This document shows positions 62,874 through 64,000 of a stretch of DNA of 64,000 nt, one piece after another. Numbering within the stretch: position 1 is the stretch's first letter; every line of letters begins with the position of its first letter. The notes beneath the pieces were generated by a model that was not told the DNA's origin, made no database searches, and saw only the letters and a list, made by a program, of their open reading frames with translations. The position numbers were made by a program, and so were the translations under genes. The DNA comes from Anthoceros angustus (lineage: Eukaryota > Plantae > Anthocerotophyta): contig VJWM01000025.1 in the NCBI GenBank assembly GCA_010909165.1, forward strand, positions 2,666,001 through 2,730,000, in the 5' to 3' direction.

Positions 62874-64000
62874 ATGGGGTGGCGGTCGAGCGCCGCTGTC
62901 GCTGTCTGCTTGCTGCTCGCTTGCATCTGTGTCTTCGTCCGACAGGCTTGGGCGCAGCAAGGTGAACGCCAGCTACGTAGGCAGTATGGGATAAATGCAT
63001 GAGCCGCATTCCGTGTTGTGGAGGTGCAGGAAGCACGATACTCCGACTCACTCGAAATGGCGTGCTCTGGAATGTGTGAATCGCAGAGCTTGGGAATAGG
63101 CTGTTCCTCAGCCTGGACTGCGGGGGAAGCGGAACCACCAGCTACCCGGACGCATCCGTGCCGGACCTCAGGTGGCAGGCGGACTCAAATTTCGTCCCGG
63201 GAGCCGGCAAATCGTCCGGCCTCCGAAACACCGCCACCTACGGGCTTCCCCAGCAGCTGCAGAGTGTCAGATCCTTCGCCAAGGGCTCCAAATGGTGCTA
63301 CTCCCTGCCCGTCACCCAGTACTACACCTACCTCATCCGAGCCGGATTCGTGTACGGCAATTTCGACGGCCTGCAGTCAGCCACCGTCCAGTTCCAGGTC
63401 ATTCCATCCCCTTCCTTTCCCATGAGCGCATTCCAACTTCAGCATCAGCTGCAGCTTTTCAAGCTCTGCGCTAGATCTGATTCTGGTGGGCGGGAACGTC
63501 AGATCTCTGTTAACAGCACAGTTTGGGACGACATTACCGTGGTGGGATCCAGCACCCAGGCTGCCTACTACGAGATCATCACCGCCCCAGCAGCAGCCAC
63601 CGGGAATGTGAGCGTGTGCCTCATCAGGACCGTCCCCCAGGCTCCCGGTGTCACCGACCCCTTCATCAACACGCTGGAGCTCCGCGAGATAAACAAGCTC
63701 AACTCCTACTCCAGCCTCTTCCTCCCGGAGCGGGTGCTGCTCCGGCTGGGCAGCAGAGTGAACTTCGGAGCCTTCTCCACTCTCCGGTAACCAGCAGCCC
63801 ACCAGCTGCCTCTTTCCTGCTTGTTTCCAGGCTTTGCAATGGGCGCCCAGTGCAGGCTGGGGGCTCACGGATCAGCATTCCCGCAGGTACCCGGACGACC
63901 CCATCGACAGGATATGGCCCGCGGACGCGGATGTTTTTCCGGGCCTGGGGACGACCGCCATCGCCGCACCCACAGGCTCCGTGATCAACAACACCCGCAA
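62874..64000 (+). CDS. Malectin-like domain receptor-like kinase (LRR-I/SYMRK-type ectodomain), 5' part; continues beyond the window
   Basis: Signal peptide exon from ATG 62874; FLSLDCGG, SVRSF...CYSLPV..YLIRAGFVYGNFDG, VSVCLIRT..PFINTLELR, RVNFGA, RYPDDPIDRIW. Confidence 0.88.

Overview
Eukaryotic nuclear DNA from a land plant. Short GT-AG introns, dense GC-rich genes and PsbW suggest a non-seed plant, possibly a hornwort, but that is inference only. 1-16.5 kb is a transposon nest: an Athila/Tat-like Ty3/gypsy element (PBS, gag and an extra ORF), two convergent Sola-like DDD transposase remnants, a Ty1/copia pol fragment and several tandem arrays. 19.8-43.3 kb is a compact gene block: a DREB-type AP2/ERF factor with polyQ, a GT61 glycosyltransferase, a 15-exon DUF262 (GmrSD/SspE-type) gene, BMS1, PHF5A, a CobW/ZNG1 GTPase, ERCC1 and PsbW. 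43.8-54.3 kb is a second nest: a LINE tail, a PIF/Harbinger element with TIRs and TTA TSD carrying a nested TIR element, and a Pangu-like element with TIRs and AAT TSD. 54.3-64 kb holds a GT90 pseudogene, tRNA-Val(CAC), calnexin with an ERSE/UPRE promoter, and a malectin-like RLK pseudogene followed by the start of a paralogous RLK. The best novelty candidate is the DUF262 gene. It belongs to a family best known from bacterial anti-phage systems, splices into an intact 408-aa frame over 14 canonical introns, has a basic/acidic N-terminal extension, and seems to lack the C-terminal nuclease. All family calls come from motifs recognised by eye; no searches were run.
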